From: Octopus vulgaris | Taxonomy: Eukaryota | Direction: 5' to 3' | Assembly (NCBI GenBank): GCA_951406725.2 | Contig: OX597814.1 | Location: 100,812,001-100,876,000 of the forward strand | Length of the DNA stretch: 64,000 bases | Notes under the pieces: model-generated | What the model saw: the letters and a program-made list of their open reading frames with translations, nothing else | Told to the model about the DNA's origin: nothing | Databases searched by the model: none | In this document: positions 12,708-27,918 of the stretch, piece after piece | How positions within the stretch are numbered: position 1 is the first letter of the stretch | Layout of the letters: each line of letters starts with the position of its first letter | Position numbers and translations under genes: made by a program

Positions 12708-13510
12708 TGTTTCAGTAACTGGACAGCGGCTACACTTGGATACATTGATGGATTTAGGCGAACAAATCGATCGCTAGATTTTATTTTTAAGTTTGGAATC
12801 TATTACGTCGGTTGCCTTTTTGCAGAACCGTTAAGTTATGGGGACATACACAAACGAACACAGGTTTTCATACGGTGGCGGGGGACCAAGTGAAACAAAA
12901 AGACAAACATAAACATAAATATGTAATGTATGTATCTTTGTAGATATATGTAATTTTCTCCCCCTCTCTCTCTCTCACACACACGATCTGTGTATATATA
13001 TATACATACATGCATACATATTCATACATAAATGTATGTATGTATGTATGTATGTATGTATGTATGTATGAAGGTATATAGGCTAGTGTTAACGTGTTGC
13101 ACTCTCGATCGTGTCACCGTGGTTTCGATTCTTGTACTGGTCTGTGAGTTGTACTCTCGAAGAAAACACTTCATTTCATGATGCTACCGTTCATTCAACA
13201 GTAAATTGGTAACCGTGCAGCGGACGGATGTTCTATTAAGAAAGATAATTGATCTGCCCTCCTAGCCAGCAATGTGGCATCTTTTCATGAAGAGCAGCTG
13301 TGTATATTATAACTACATTCGATAGCCTGGTCGATATGTATATATTTATGACTGGCTTCCACAAAGTTCCCATTTACAAAACTCACGCAGAAGGCATTAT
13401 ATTGACTCTGGTATCTCACATGAGATACCTGCCCATGGTGCCACGCTGTGGAACTGAGCCGCAAAATACGTGGATGCAAAGAAAGTTTCTTAACCATACA
13501 GCTACGTCTG
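12708..13510 (-). mobile_element. Degenerate SINE family B split by microsatellites, with a + strand family C-like fragment at about 13080-13280
   Basis: Tail reverse complement ttgtttcagt...gcagaaccgttaagttatggggac at 12708-12850; head reverse complement cccatggtgccacgctgtggaactgagcc...ttcttaaccatacagc at 13430-13503. Confidence 0.55.
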
Positions 13511-13548
13511 TATGTAAAATACAAATACTAATATAAAATACATATACT

Positions 13549-13753
<205 letters not shown>

Positions 13754-14599
13754 CAATACACCGCAAGTTACATTTTTTACGCTCTACCAACTATGGCACT
13801 CACTAACCTAACATTACTAAACATAGTAACAATATACAAAAAGCATCAAGTTCAAGTTGACCTCAGTAAATAATTTAAAATCTGATCAAAACGCTACTTC
13901 ACTTTGCTTATATCATTAAAGCCTGAGGGGAAAATCATATAGTTTCAACTTCCAATTACTTTGCTATAATTACACGGAATGAGTGTCCAATCAAAGTAAA
14001 CAGATTATATAAATTATATGTTCTTAGGAAAGTTAAATTACCGCATAGAGAATGAAATGAATTCCCAGCAGATATGTCGAGATTTGAAATATGCTATAGA
14101 ACTTTATTTATTTATTTATTTATTTATAATTAGTGCCGAATTTTTTAAAGCTATTCTTAAATTTGTACGGAATAGAGATGAATAAATACTGTACAGAACG
14201 TGAACCAAATGACCTGCTAGAAACTTGAACTAAATATTTCATGATTCACCCGCCAAATATTTTAGAATGAAGGAAAAATATATAGCTATTGTCTTAAACA
14301 GACAAACATATGTACAAACAATAATAATTATATAATGTACACGTCCATTTTGTATGATCAGTGATTTGCCAGCTGGTCGCAGCTTATCGGTTTACTAGAG
14401 CCAATAAGAAAAGACATCAACCCGAATAGATCTTTCTTTCAGAGTTCCAATGCTTTTAATGAAATACTAAAATATCTAATTAGTAAATAGAAATATTATT
14501 TTATTAAGCAAAATATCTTCCTACACATTCTTATTTCTTAGAAAATATATGAAATATAAAGTTAAATTAAACGTATTTTAAAGTATATTTATGAAAAAT

Positions 14600-14726
14600 T
14601 CTTTTCTACTCTAGGCACAAGGTCCGAAATCTTTGGTGAGATGGCCAGTCGATTAGATCGACCCCAGTACGCAACTGGTACTTAATTTAACGATCCCGAA
14701 AGGATGAAAGGCAAAATCGACCTCGG
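14600..14726 (-). mobile_element. SINE family A, 5'-truncated
   Basis: gatcgaccccagtacgcaactggtacttaatttaacgatcccgaaaggatgaaaggcaaaatcgacctcgg. Confidence 0.8.
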
Positions 14727-14775
14727 AAAAACACGCCGCAGTTATTTTCGACACGTCATGCTTATCTGTTGTTAC

Positions 14776-14849
<74 letters not shown>

Positions 14850-14920
14850 CAACAGATAAGCATGACGTGTGGAAAATAACTGCGGCGTGTTTTTCCGAGG
14901 TCGACTTTGCCTTTCATCCT
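14701..14920. repeat. Inverted repeat, arms 14701-14776 and 14845-14920, enclosing (TA)n(TG)n
   Basis: aggatgaaaggcaaaatcgacctcggaaaaacacgccgcag...gttgttaca versus tgtaacaac...ctgcggcgtgtttttccgaggtcgactttgcctttcatcct; about 2 mismatches. Confidence 0.93.
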
Positions 14921-15264
14921 ATACATATATAGTTCGAAGAAATATCAGAGATGCTTTGCCCCATGCAAGAATTACAAGAGCTACTCAGAAGCTTTGCAAG
15001 CTCGTCTAAATCCATTGCAATGCTGGAAACTCTTCTCTATCGTCAGCAGGCATCTCTGGGTTGCAAATGCTTTGCCGCTTACCTTTTACGCTTCGTCTGC
15101 GTGGTGCAGCGAGAACTGAACAAGTCTTCCCTGTGAGATAGTTTCAGCTGCTGTGCCTGTCTCCTTGATGGTTTTATTCAGTTGACTAGGTTCCATAGCT
15201 ATCTCCTGCTTCTCAATTGAAAATAATTTTTTCAGTTTTTTAGTGTGAATACCTTATTCAATTC

Positions 15265-15389
15265 AAATTAGTAATTTTTTTATACATTTGTATATCCTTT
15301 AGAGAAAATTAGGTGATTAGTCATACATACATATGTGCGTATGTGTGCATGTATGTATGTATGTATGTATGTACATGTGTGTAATATTA
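15265..15389 (+). repeat. About 125 bp direct duplicate of 9553-9677
   Basis: Direct comparison of the two sites. Confidence 0.9.
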
Positions 15390-15495
15390 CTACATTTTAG
15401 GTAGATGGTTAGTTTTAATTAAACTACCTTAGTATTTGGCTTCTGCATATCTAGCGCTGAAAGCGACAGTATTTGACATCAGATCGTAAAGATAC

Positions 15496-15833
<338 letters not shown>

Positions 15834-15835
15834 GT

Positions 15836-15854
15836 GTTCGATTCTAGGCAGTGA

Positions 15855-15926
<72 letters not shown>

Positions 15927-16115
15927 CAACAACATCGAAAAATACCTTAGGAATAAGAATTCTGGTTCGAAATTTCCCCAAGACACCTGATGATGGCTGG
16001 AGGGTATATCAGCCGAAACGTTGTGTTAACAACAAACAAGATGAGGACAAATATCCGTCAAATGTAAATAATGTAAATAATGTATATAATTCTTCATCTC
16101 TTAAATATAGAACTG
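15836..16115 (+). mobile_element. Inverted, 5'-truncated second copy of the same element, starting at the B-box
   Basis: gttcgattctaggcagtgacctgaa-(AAT)n-atcgaaaaataccttaggaataagaa...aatgtaaataatgtaaataatgta mirrors 15496-15785 and has a longer tail. Confidence 0.8.
15982..16027 (+). ncRNA. Minimal type I hammerhead ribozyme motif
   Basis: gacac CTGATGA t ggctg-gagggtatat-cagcc GAAAC GTT gtgtt. Stem I gacac/gtgtt, stem II ggctg/cagcc, palindromic minimal stem III aacgtt. Confidence 0.8.
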
Positions 16116-18480
16116 TAAAAGTACTTAATTATGTGCATTAACGTATTTGGTTCGATGCTGTTGTTACTCTGCCAATGTACTATTCCAATTATTTAACATA
16201 ATAAAGTAATAGTCACAAAACTTTGTCAATATATGAAGTTACTGGGAATTTGTTAGAGTCATTATCTGAAGCATTGAATAGATTGACTGAAGTTGTTTGT
16301 TACGACTCTGCGATTTCTAGGTTCAGATCCTCCAAGGCCAACATTGAATTTTATCCCTGTGAGGTCGATAAATGAATTACAAGTCAAAGTAGGAGGACTG
16401 GCAGATTTGCTAGATAGTTGGACAAGATGTTTGCGATATATGCCCTGTTTCTTCACCTCTTCTCTGTAAAGCCAGCGACATATTGCAGCACCTGTGTCAG
16501 CTCTGAGATAATATCTGTTGGGTGAAGAAGTGAGATCTGTACGATTAGCCAACTGCTGATTATCTATTAACCAATATGTTACCCAGACCTATGTATTGGA
16601 AATATACTTTCTAGATGCCAATCTATAGTCCCTCAAGCCGTACGAAATAGAATAAAACATTTTTTTTATTATTACAGAAGTAATAATATTTATTGAAAAA
16701 TAGTCTGCACTACTTAATATATATTAGTCCTCATCTAAAACCATCAAGCCAATATACAAAGTGAAAAGTCTTCTTCTTGTCATCTGTGCAAAACCAGTTG
16801 ATTGCGTTTTTATGTACCCCGGGCCCTTTGAACCTGTATACATTTCTCTTGTATAATATAATTTGCAACGAGTAACAGATGAAGATATGCTGTCGAAGAT
16901 GACAAGCAGGATTTGAAATTGGTCATTAACCAACAGAAATTTATCACTATTCAGCGCATTAATATCTATGCCACCCTTACAGACATAGATATCGCAATAT
17001 ATTGTATTAAGTAGATAGTAATAATAACGACTTCAAATCTGGATACAAGACCTGCAATTTTAGGGAGTGAGGTGGAGTAGTTCCGCGATTACATATGTTA
17101 TGATTTAAGTTGAAATATTTTCGAAATAATTTATGATTGTAGTTAAGCAAAGTCCTATGTTATGTACTTGAGAGGATTAACAATGTTGGATGGACAATAG
17201 TCGTGCTCATGTAACCTCAAGTAAGAATCAAATCAATTCTATAAATGTTTCCCAAGCCCACCATGCCAAGCAAGCTTGGAGCTTGTTCCCCTATATAAGT
17301 TTTTGCTTTTTTACATTTTGACAAGAAATATGAGCAGCTATTTAAAAAGAAGTGTAGTTGATGTAAGAAATTTTACATTAAGTTGTAACTAGTTGTTTCC
17401 GTTCAAACAGGCTTCAATGTGACTAATTATACAGAGTTTAATTAGGGATGATATAAACGTATTCAAGAGTGAAGAAAGGAAAGGAAACCTTACTATTTAT
17501 CCAATAGCCTCAAGTGTTTAATAGGTACAACCGATTGAAACGGTTGGCAATAATTAGTACAGTCTGCTTTGGTTGTTGTTCTTGTTGTTATGTTAGTAGG
17601 GGTTGTATATTTATTTTTCCTTTTTCTTTTTTGTTTTCTTTTTACTGTAAGAAATTCCGCAACTGTGTTAGCCCGCTGAAATATGAGTTACCTTGTAGCA
17701 CCCGTTTACAGCGTGAGAGGAAGTTTACTCTATTAATTCTATAAAGTGAACATAAACAACCGCGGTGGACATTAATTTGTTAATGCTTCAAATAAAACTT
17801 ACAGTTTTGATAACTGAATTTACAACATAACCTTTTGCTCTTGTCCATTTCTTTCTCACTATCGTCCTGACATTTGCTCTCTTTCTACTCCAAATCATAC
17901 TTTCTCTTTTTCTTTAATTTACTTATTTTTCACTTTTTTATTAACCTAACGTTCTCTTCTTTCACATTTTCAGCAATCTTCCTTCTAAACATCTCTTTTA
18001 TCGGATCCCTATACTCTTTCCCTTTGCATCTATTGCTGGTAACGTATTTTATTATACCATTTCACTCTTTTTCTTTCTCTCGCTCTCTTTCGTTTCTTTT
18101 CTCAATTACTCAGTCCCAGTCTTATAAATTTCTTTCACGAACGCCTATACTTCCCTCCTTTCGTTGAATTCCACCTCTCCTTCCCACTTCTTAGCTGATA
18201 AAAACCAGAATCAGATAACCTCCTATATGTTATATGAAGGCCGGAAATCTCTGCTTACACCGACAGATTTCAGGATATATCTAAGTTTAGGGTCTGGTCA
18301 AGCGTAAAGTGTTGTCGTACTCTTACACAACTAACGATCTAGAAAATGTTGAAAGAACTATTAAACGGAAGGAAATATTTGACGATAAAATACTAATTAA
18401 GCTAATCCCTTGCTTTTAAATCAAAATATCAAAATTAATATCACACACACACACATACATATATGCATACATACACATAT

Positions 18481-18546
<66 letters not shown>

Positions 18547-18782
18547 TTGTGAATGTATATAAATATATATATGCGAGTATATTTCAGCAGAAACACATTT
18601 AAAAACGATGAATACGTGTATAAAATGAGTATGTATATAGAAACGATATGTATATTTCCTCATTGCCTTTTTACATGTTCTCATTAGCTTCCATTAACAA
18701 CATAGCTAATAATGAAACGAGAGGAGGTATACACCCCTTATGTGCTGGTGTAATACCACCAGTGATTCAGTTTATTGCCATT

Positions 18783-18819
18783 GACGACAATGACGATGAT
18801 GATGATGATGATGATGATA

Positions 18820-18850
<31 letters not shown>

Positions 18851-18891
18851 CGACGACGACGACGACGACGACGACGATGATGATGATGATT
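18783..18891. repeat. (GAT)n/(GAC)n microsatellite
   Basis: Read directly from the sequence. Confidence 0.95.
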
Positions 18892-19930
18892 TGATATGTG
18901 ATATAAAACACATGTGGAATATCATAAGATATTTCCACAAGTAATAAGTATATATTCACTCAATGAACATTATTTCAAGCGCAGCTAAAATATATATAGT
19001 CAGAATTTTGGGGTTTTTTTTTTTTCTTTTTCAGTCAAACGAATTATTTTATAATTAATAGAATTATGGTGTAAAATAATGTCTAAATGTGCAATACAAT
19101 AGCCTTCTTCATACTGATAATGATCGCTATTCGCGTATGCACAGAGATGAAACATAACATAGCGTTAAAATCCTCATTTATTTTATACTGCATAATACTC
19201 GTCTTCAACGCAAAATAGTATCACTGTTAGTTAAGCATTTAAATTGTCATTACACAAAATTGCGCTCTTGTGAAGTCTGCTGGAATCTGATTAAATCAAT
19301 GAAACAACTGAACTACTACGGATTTCATAATCATAAAAATTGAAAACGTGATATAATTGTTACTAGAGTAAATATCACAAGGCCTTCACGAGAAGGGTGG
19401 TACTACTTATATTTAGGACACAGTCAATTACTTAACTCCAGACAGCTGCTTACGTGCTATGCTAGGCACAGGTGTATTTCCCACACGTCTGTACTTCACA
19501 TATCTAAGAAAGAGTAGTTTTCAAAAACAAAAACACTGTAGATTATATCCTGTAAAACATCTAAAGCTTCAATTTTTATTCGTTACACAACCAATTGCAG
19601 GCTCTGTTTTCCTGTAGAGGCAGATTTTTGCTCGTTTGGAAGGAGCAAGTTATGTACTCTATTCTAGCCAATCAACCCGAACTACGCATTTCTCCCCGAA
19701 TCATTAATTTTAATGTAAAATTTCAATAAAACTCGGCCACAAACGCTTTGTTGAAACATTAATTGCTAAGAGTGAAACTCAGTTTTTGTTAATTTTTTCC
19801 CTACTACTCAGAAGTTTGTCTGTCTTTCTTTTTGTCCGTTTGTCTCTCTCTCGCAATGCATTTATACATTCACACATGCATATGTGCAGACACACACACA
19901 CACTCACACATAGTATATATGGTTATATAT

Positions 19931-20214
19931 TGTTTTTCTTCGACCCTTCTCGAGCCATAAGGGCTGATTTCCCGGTTTCCTTGGCGTATAGGCTCCCCCG
20001 ATCCGTCGTAGGTGAGCTGCATGATGTAGGAGGAAAGAGCGAGAGAAAGTTGTGGCGAAAGAGTCAGCAGAAGTTCGCCATTACCTTCTGCCGGAGCCGC
20101 GTGGGGCTTAGGTGTTTCGCTCATAAACACACACATCGCTTGGCTTGAGATTCGAACCCGCGATCCCTCGACCGCGAATTCGCTGCTCTAACCATTAGGC
20201 CATGTGCCTCCACA
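19931..20214 (-). mobile_element. tRNA-derived SINE (family C/D), near full length
   Basis: Reverse complement head tgtggaggcacatggcctaatggttagagcagcg...gcgggttcgaatctc; tail motif ggaaaccgggaaa shared with 52415-52672; TSD-like tggttatatat / tggctatatat. Confidence 0.8.
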
Positions 20215-20377
20215 TGGCTATATATAGGGAGCATCTCTTCGATTACAAACATTTAACGAAATAATAAGATGTTTGAAACATGTCATTTTTCTTTGTTTTT
20301 TTCTTTCTTTTTGAAAATTTTCTCCTTAATTTGTCTCTCTCTTTATCTCTCTCCTCCTCTGTCTATCTGCCTGTTTG

Positions 20378-20426
<49 letters not shown>

Positions 20427-20970
20427 ACATAGAGATATCAACATACACACACGCACAAACTGACGCGAGCACACACACATGGACTCGCATACATATATAT
20501 TCCCATACACGCCTATTTCAGTTACAGTCGGTCTCATAACTGATTCAAATGATATGTAATACATTGGCAAAAGAAGCGGAGACCACTTGCATCAATTATG
20601 GAAATAGTGACAAACGTCTGTAATTTAAAGGTAAAACGATAACAGTTTTATTACACACTTTCTTCGAATCATTCGTTTTGTATTTTATTTCAATGGGTTT
20701 AATTATTGCGTTTTTTCCTTCAGGAAATAATCAGTGAAATAAATATCACTAACACTTAATTTCTGGGACAGCAGATGCTACGTAAAGCACCATTTCAATC
20801 ACCCTGGGCGGGGGTGCTGCGCAAGAAGCACCACCGAATCCTGCTAGTGCTATTACACGACACAGTTGCAACCATATATATGTGTATGTGTGTGTGTGTC
20901 TGTGTGTGTGTGTGTGTGCGTGCGTGTGCGCGTGTGTGTGTATGTATATATATAAATATATATATATATA

Positions 20971-21097
20971 TATGTGAGTTACAAGTATTGTTATCTGTGA
21001 AGTAACATCTGTAGTTAAAAGGAATAAGATGTCTTTAGCTGCTATTTCTAAATTTTCGGTATGTGGTTAAGCAACTTCTTGCTTAACCCTCAATTAT

Positions 21098-21128
<31 letters not shown>

Positions 21129-21133
21129 CACAT

Positions 21134-21203
<70 letters not shown>

Positions 21204-21446
21204 AAATAAATGTGTATATAGAAGATGATTGGTTCATCTTGACAAATGATAGCCGGCCCATCAGCACACACACTACGCCCCATCATACAGTATCTGTGTG
21301 TATGTGTGTGTGTGTGTGTATAATTGAGGGTTAAGCAACAAGTTGCTTAACCACATGCCGTAAAGTTAGAAATAGCAGCCAAAGACAGCTTATTCCTTTT
21401 AACTACAGATATTACTTCACAGATAACAATACTTGTAACTCACATA
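20971..21446. repeat. Inverted repeat, arms about 20971-21110 and 21304-21446, enclosing (CA)n(TA)n(TG)n; partial third copy at about 21855-21942
   Basis: tatgtgagttacaagtattgttatctgtgaagtaa... versus ...ttacttcacagataacaatacttgtaactcacata. Confidence 0.9.
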
Positions 21447-22192
21447 GGCAAAAGAAGAAAATAACGAAATCAAACAGTCTTCGATTAATTGTGGACGCGT
21501 TTCTGGGTTAGAATTATACAAATTCACTCCTGTCATCAGCACAATAATTCGATAATTTATAAATTAGGAAATGCTATGAACCTACCATCGGGAATGACAG
21601 AAGATAGTCAGCACATCCAAATCTATATAGACGAAAGAATTCGTATTTTTCTTCCAAGATTACCATGTGCATCACAACATAGTACCGCAGAAAGAGAACT
21701 GCAGTTTATTATACGGGGCGTGAAAAATTCATTACAAATATAAGGGTAAATAATTATTAATTTAAAATTAATAAATTTTACCAGGTAGTTTCGGTATGTG
21801 AAGAGAACCATTATCAGTAGGAACTTTTGTAAAAAAGTATTTTTATATATAAATATAATTCAGGGTTTTGCTTAAGCACATACCGAAAATTTAGAAATAG
21901 CAGCCAAAGACAGCTTTTTCCTTTTAACTACAGATATTACTCCATATGGAATACACGTCTCCACACTTTCTATTTGCAATGACAAAATATGAACCCCTAT
22001 CGGAATTTATATACCACGGACAAGAAGCATTTCTACCACTTCTACACACCACTTTCCTTGAATAATGGAACTGCTATAACATCCTACATATATTATTATT
22101 TTTACTTTTATTCTCTTATTTTTCCTTTATACTTCTTATTTCCATCCTTATATTGGATCCTACTATTTCTTTCTATTGAACCATCTGACATC

Positions 22193-22240
22193 GTCTCTGA
22201 TGAAAGGATATCCTTAATAACGCAGAAACAGCCGTAAGAC
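22193..22240 (+). ncRNA. Type I hammerhead-like motif with degenerate stem II
   Basis: gtct CTGATGA aaggatatccttaataacgca GAAAC agcc GTA agac; stem I gtct/agac pairs perfectly. Confidence 0.6.
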
Positions 22241-22681
22241 TAACTTTGTCTTTATAAATGTCCTTAAAATTCCACACAGCCTGGGCATTGTTGTCTCAAA
22301 TTATTTAATACATGCACACACAATCATACAAACACACACATACACACACACATATACACGCACTTTCTTATTACTAAACTGCAAAAACATCACAAAAATA
22401 TCACAAAAAGCTGCAACTCAGAAAAACACGTTCCCGTTTGTCGGACAGTTCAGACTAAGAATGGAAGAAAATAAAGTTTGTGTTTATAAAATATACAATT
22501 TACATTGACAAATACACATTTGAAATTGGTTTCTATTTATTCTTTCTACTAACGGGTTTTTTTTTTTTTTTTTTTTTTTGCAGCAGTCCTTCAGTTTTAC
22601 TAAGCCCTGCAGATACCTTTAAAGCTAGGAGCTTTTCAGCACCCCACTCGTATATATATATGTATGTGTCTGTGTGTGGGC

Positions 22682-22736
<55 letters not shown>

Positions 22737-22864
22737 CCTCCTTCCCTTCTTTCCTGAGCGTCAAATAATACTTTAATTGTTCCACGTCCTCGCGTTGCTG
22801 TTTTTTTCTGTGTTTTCTTGTTTGGATTAACTTTATATATATATATAGATATATATTCTTTTAT

Positions 22865-23512
<648 letters not shown>

Positions 23513-24438
23513 ATAAGAATGTTGAAAAATCTTCTTTTCGAACAGTGGATCTCGAAGCAAAGAAATCTATCAATAACTAAATAGTTACACGTTATCATGT
23601 ATAGCTCAGTCTCTTTTGAGACCTACTGTTCCAAAAGTAAGACGCTTATAAATGTGTGCGTATGTGTCTTTATGTATGTGTGCGTAAGTGGTATGTGTGT
23701 GTGCGTGTGTGTATGTGAGTGTGAGTGCGCTTGTATGTGTACGTGCTGGTGTGTGTGTATGTGTGTGTAAAGTGATTGATCTCCAGTATTCGGCAATGAG
23801 GATTCACTTAGTTTACACCTGCTCATAAATCAACGAGATCGAGCCTTTCCATAAATACATGTAAATGTAGCCTAAATTTCAAGGATATACAATTTGAGGA
23901 TTTTGTTAAGTTCCTAAAAATCATTTAAATGTTTTACAAATTTCCGCAATATTATATTGCAAGTATGTGGCCTCAATACAATTTTGCATGTTAATGGCGA
24001 AAATCGTATAAAATTTTGTTTTAAATTAATATTTAGTCGTGAATATTTAAAATTATATAATTCTACTCAGTCGAAGCTTCGATGGCTGAATATACCGAAA
24101 GTAATTTTTTTGAAGTAAAATTTATTTGCCAACATAATGCGGCAGTCCTAGTTTGGGGTGAATGTTACTGTTATTTAGCGCCAGAAAACATCGTCTCCAT
24201 CTGGCTTACTTTTTCTAGTAATTGTTTTGCTCCATGGGAACAGTAGATACAAAACCTTTTACGTGGTTTCTAAACCTGTTATGAATCTATGGGCCCTTTT
24301 GATAACCATTTCCTTCTGGTGGGCCCCCATAGCCATACATTTATGGGCTTCTTTTAGTTTCTGTCTACCAAATCCACTCAAAAGGCCCGTCACTATGTTA
24401 GAAGACACCTGCCAGAGCTAAGAGCTTCGAGGCATTTT

Positions 24439-25674
24439 GGATCTTTTCTATTCTGAAGCCAGGACCACAGATCTTTCTACTTAACTAAATAATCTGAAAC
24501 TTCGTATGCTGATAGAGTCTAGCAAAACAAGACACAGGTTGGAACTAGTTTATTTGAGAAAAATCTATTTTATGACTTTAATCGTAGATTAAAACTGCGA
24601 ATTTTAACCAATCAGATTGTTTGTTTTCATGTGTAAAACTTGACTGCATTCTATTAGTGTGACGTAGAAAGCGCTTTTGTGACGTACTAACTTTTCGGAA
24701 AACTGTAAACAAACACGGCAGACGAAATACTTTTATTTTTTTACATAAGTAATGAGAGCGAAAGAGACTAAGAGGAAGCGATTTTATGACGAGGGAAGTT
24801 TGTCTTTGAAGTTACCGTCTAGGGCAGGGGTGGGCAAACTTTTTTGAACCTTGGCGGGCCTCATTTATAAAAATCAAGTGAAAATGTTGTGAATTACCGT
24901 ACAGTTACGAAGTATCTGCATAGAAGTTGGGATTCATAAAAGCTCTCGGCGGGCCGCATGAAAACCTATGGCGGGCCGCATGCGGCCCGCGGGCCGTAGT
25001 TTGCCCACCCCTGGTCTAGGGGAAGCATTGATGTACATGTGTGTGTGTGTGTGTGTTTGATGGGGTGTGGGAGACAGTATGTTGTGTAAGTGAAGTGCTT
25101 CTGTTAGTGTGTGTGAAGAGACAGAGAGAGTAATGTGTGAAAGAGAGAGATAACTGAAATTTTTTACTCGGTGTATGTGTATATGTATGTCTGCATGTAT
25201 GTGTGTGTGTGTATGTATCTATGTATGTATGGCCAATTCATCGTAATTACGATTACGATGAATCGGCTATACATACATACACACACACACATACATACAC
25301 ACACACACATACTTACACATACATACACACACACATACATGCAGACATACAGAATGGAAGCATTTTCAATTTAATACATGTGGCTTATTAACTAGTTTTA
25401 AATATTGTTATTAGACTTGTTTACATTTAAGATGTTAAATACGTCACGAAATTGGTGGTCGAGACGGAGTAAATAAAATAAAGCCGAATGACGGAATATC
25501 ATTGGTTAAAATTCTAATTATTAAACAACGTTAAACTTAGAAGTTACAATTCCGTTTTCATTCTGGTTTACAATTAAGTTTACTTTTGACACATTCTACC
25601 AGTATACGAAGTTTCAAATTGTTTGGTTCAGTAGGAAAAATTTGAAAAAACTGGCCTCAAAATAGAAAAGATCC
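24439..25674. mobile_element. Non-autonomous DNA transposon, Merlin-like
   Basis: TIRs ggatcttttctattctgaagccag / ctggcctcaaaatagaaaagatcc with further subterminal inverted similarity; 8 bp TSD ggcatttt at 24431-24438 and 25675-25682. GG termini plus an 8-9 bp TSD fit Merlin. Confidence 0.8.
24825..25013. mobile_element. hAT (Charlie-type) MITE nested in the Merlin-like element
   Basis: Perfect TIR caggggtgggcaaact / agtttgcccacccctg; perfect 8 bp TSD gtctaggg at 24817-24824 and 25014-25021; internal gcgggccgc subterminal repeats. Confidence 0.93.
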
Positions 25675-26406
25675 GGCATTTTCATCGGCTATTTGGACGG
25701 GCTTCTTTCAGTTTCCATCTACCAAATCCACTCACAAGAATTTGGTCGGCCCGAAGCTATAGTAGAAGACACTTTCCCAGGGTGCCACGCAGTAGGACAG
25801 AACCTGGAACCATGTGGTTGGGAAGCAAGCTTCTTACCACACAACTACTCCTGCGCCTTATAGAAAAGCGCTTTAGAAACGTGAGTTTCTGAGTTTCAAG
25901 TTTTACATTCAGTGCACCTCCTCTTCAACATTTTTCGATTCACTATCATCAGCATTAGATACCCTTCTTACAAACTCCAACACTTACTGTAATCAAGTCT
26001 ATTTTCCTCTAATATGAAGAAAAACAAGGATGTAAGCAAAACATCTTAAGTTCAGTGAAGAATGCGTTGACAGCTGCCGGTAAAGAACGTGCCATATGTC
26101 CTGCTTTTAACACTAGGCGAGTGGCGCCAATAAAACCAATCTTTCTTTTTTTTTTTCTCTTTTTGTTATCTGGCCTGTTGACCAAAATTTGACCAAATGA
26201 TATATTTAGCTTCCTCAATTCGCTAGATTTGTATGTACATTAAGCAAGGCACGGTAGTAGGTTTTCGAATGAATGTTAATTCCTCCCCAGAAACCTTTAA
26301 GTGGAAGCAAACACACACAAACAGACACATGCACACACACACACACTTGTATATATACACACGCATGCACACAAAAACGTATACACGTATACACATCTAC
26401 AAACAA

Positions 26407-26437
<31 letters not shown>

Positions 26438-26769
26438 CATACGTAGAGAACAAAAATTAAAGCAGACTCACTAACTTCTAGCATACACAAAGTACACACA
26501 CTCACACAGATTATGCGTGAGTAATTGTGTGTATGTGTGTGTATGTGTGTGTTTGTTTACGTGTAAATTCTGTAAAATATATATTTACAAACATTCTTAT
26601 ATACACATGAACCCCAAAAAGTTGATAGTGGTACATTCGCTTCTCATCCCTCACATATATAATTTCATATACACACAAATATATAAGGCGTGTGCATTGT
26701 ATTATATTTGTAGCATGTATGTGTATGCTTGTGTATGCATGTATACACATTCTTCTGTATGCGTGTCTG

Positions 26770-26773
26770 TATG

Positions 26774-26862
<89 letters not shown>

Positions 26863-27085
26863 GTGTATATGTATGTATGTATGTGTATATATGTATGTGT
26901 GTGTGTGTATGTATGTATGTATGTATGTATGTATGTGTGTGTGTATGTATGTATGTATGTATGTATGTATGTATGTATGTGTGTGTGTATGTATGTATGT
27001 AAGTATGTATGTATGTGTGTGTATGTATGTATGTGTGTGTGTATGTATGTATGTACGTGTAAGTATGTATGCATGTATGTATGTA
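26770..27085. repeat. (TA)n/(TATG)n/(TG)n compound microsatellite
   Basis: Read directly from the sequence. Confidence 0.95.
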
Positions 27086-27628
27086 TTTACATTTGACTAT
27101 ATCTATGTACATACATGCAGTATGTTTATTTGTATCTATCTGTGTATGGATGTTTACAAGTGCTTGTATATGTTGATACAGAATGCCACGCTTCACAGCT
27201 ACTGAATGACTCGCCCGACCAGACCATGTGATAATTTCCTTCCTTCCTCAGTTACTATCTCATCGTGCTGTGCGTACGTCACGTTCCTCAATGGCCCCCG
27301 CCTTGCCATATTTGTTCGACGGCCGAATAGCAAACATAACTGACCATTAAGGCGATAGCATTGTCACCGGGTATGTTTATACTTCCGGGAACCTTATACA
27401 TTTAGCGTGTTTATCAACACACTTGTCTACCCACATAATTCCTTAAAGTGTCTAACAAATTCTGTATTCATTACAGATGGACATACTTATCTTACATACC
27501 GACACATACCATCTGCGCGTCCGTCACAAGCACACGCACATCAATGTATGTATGTATGCATGTATGTATACATATTTATGTATATACATACACACACACG
27601 CATATATATACATACACAGATATATAGT

Positions 27629-27660
<32 letters not shown>

Positions 27661-27706
27661 TGTATGTATGTATGTATGTATGTATGTATGTAGCTAAGTA
27701 TGTATG

Positions 27707-27740
<34 letters not shown>

Positions 27741-27918
27741 CGTATGTATGTACTATGTTTGCATGTATGTATACATATTTATATATATGCATACACACAC
27801 ACGCACATATATATATACACAGATACATAGTTATATATACATTAATATGTACATACGTATATTCATGTATGTGTGTATATATGCACACACACACACAGAG
27901 ACACACACATATATGAGT

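Larger units (their letters stand above)
24345..25858 (-). mobile_element. Paralogous copy of 23257-23512 (SINE B derivative) interrupted by a DNA transposon
   Basis: 24345-24438 joined to 25683-25858 reconstitutes 23257-23512. Confidence 0.8.
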
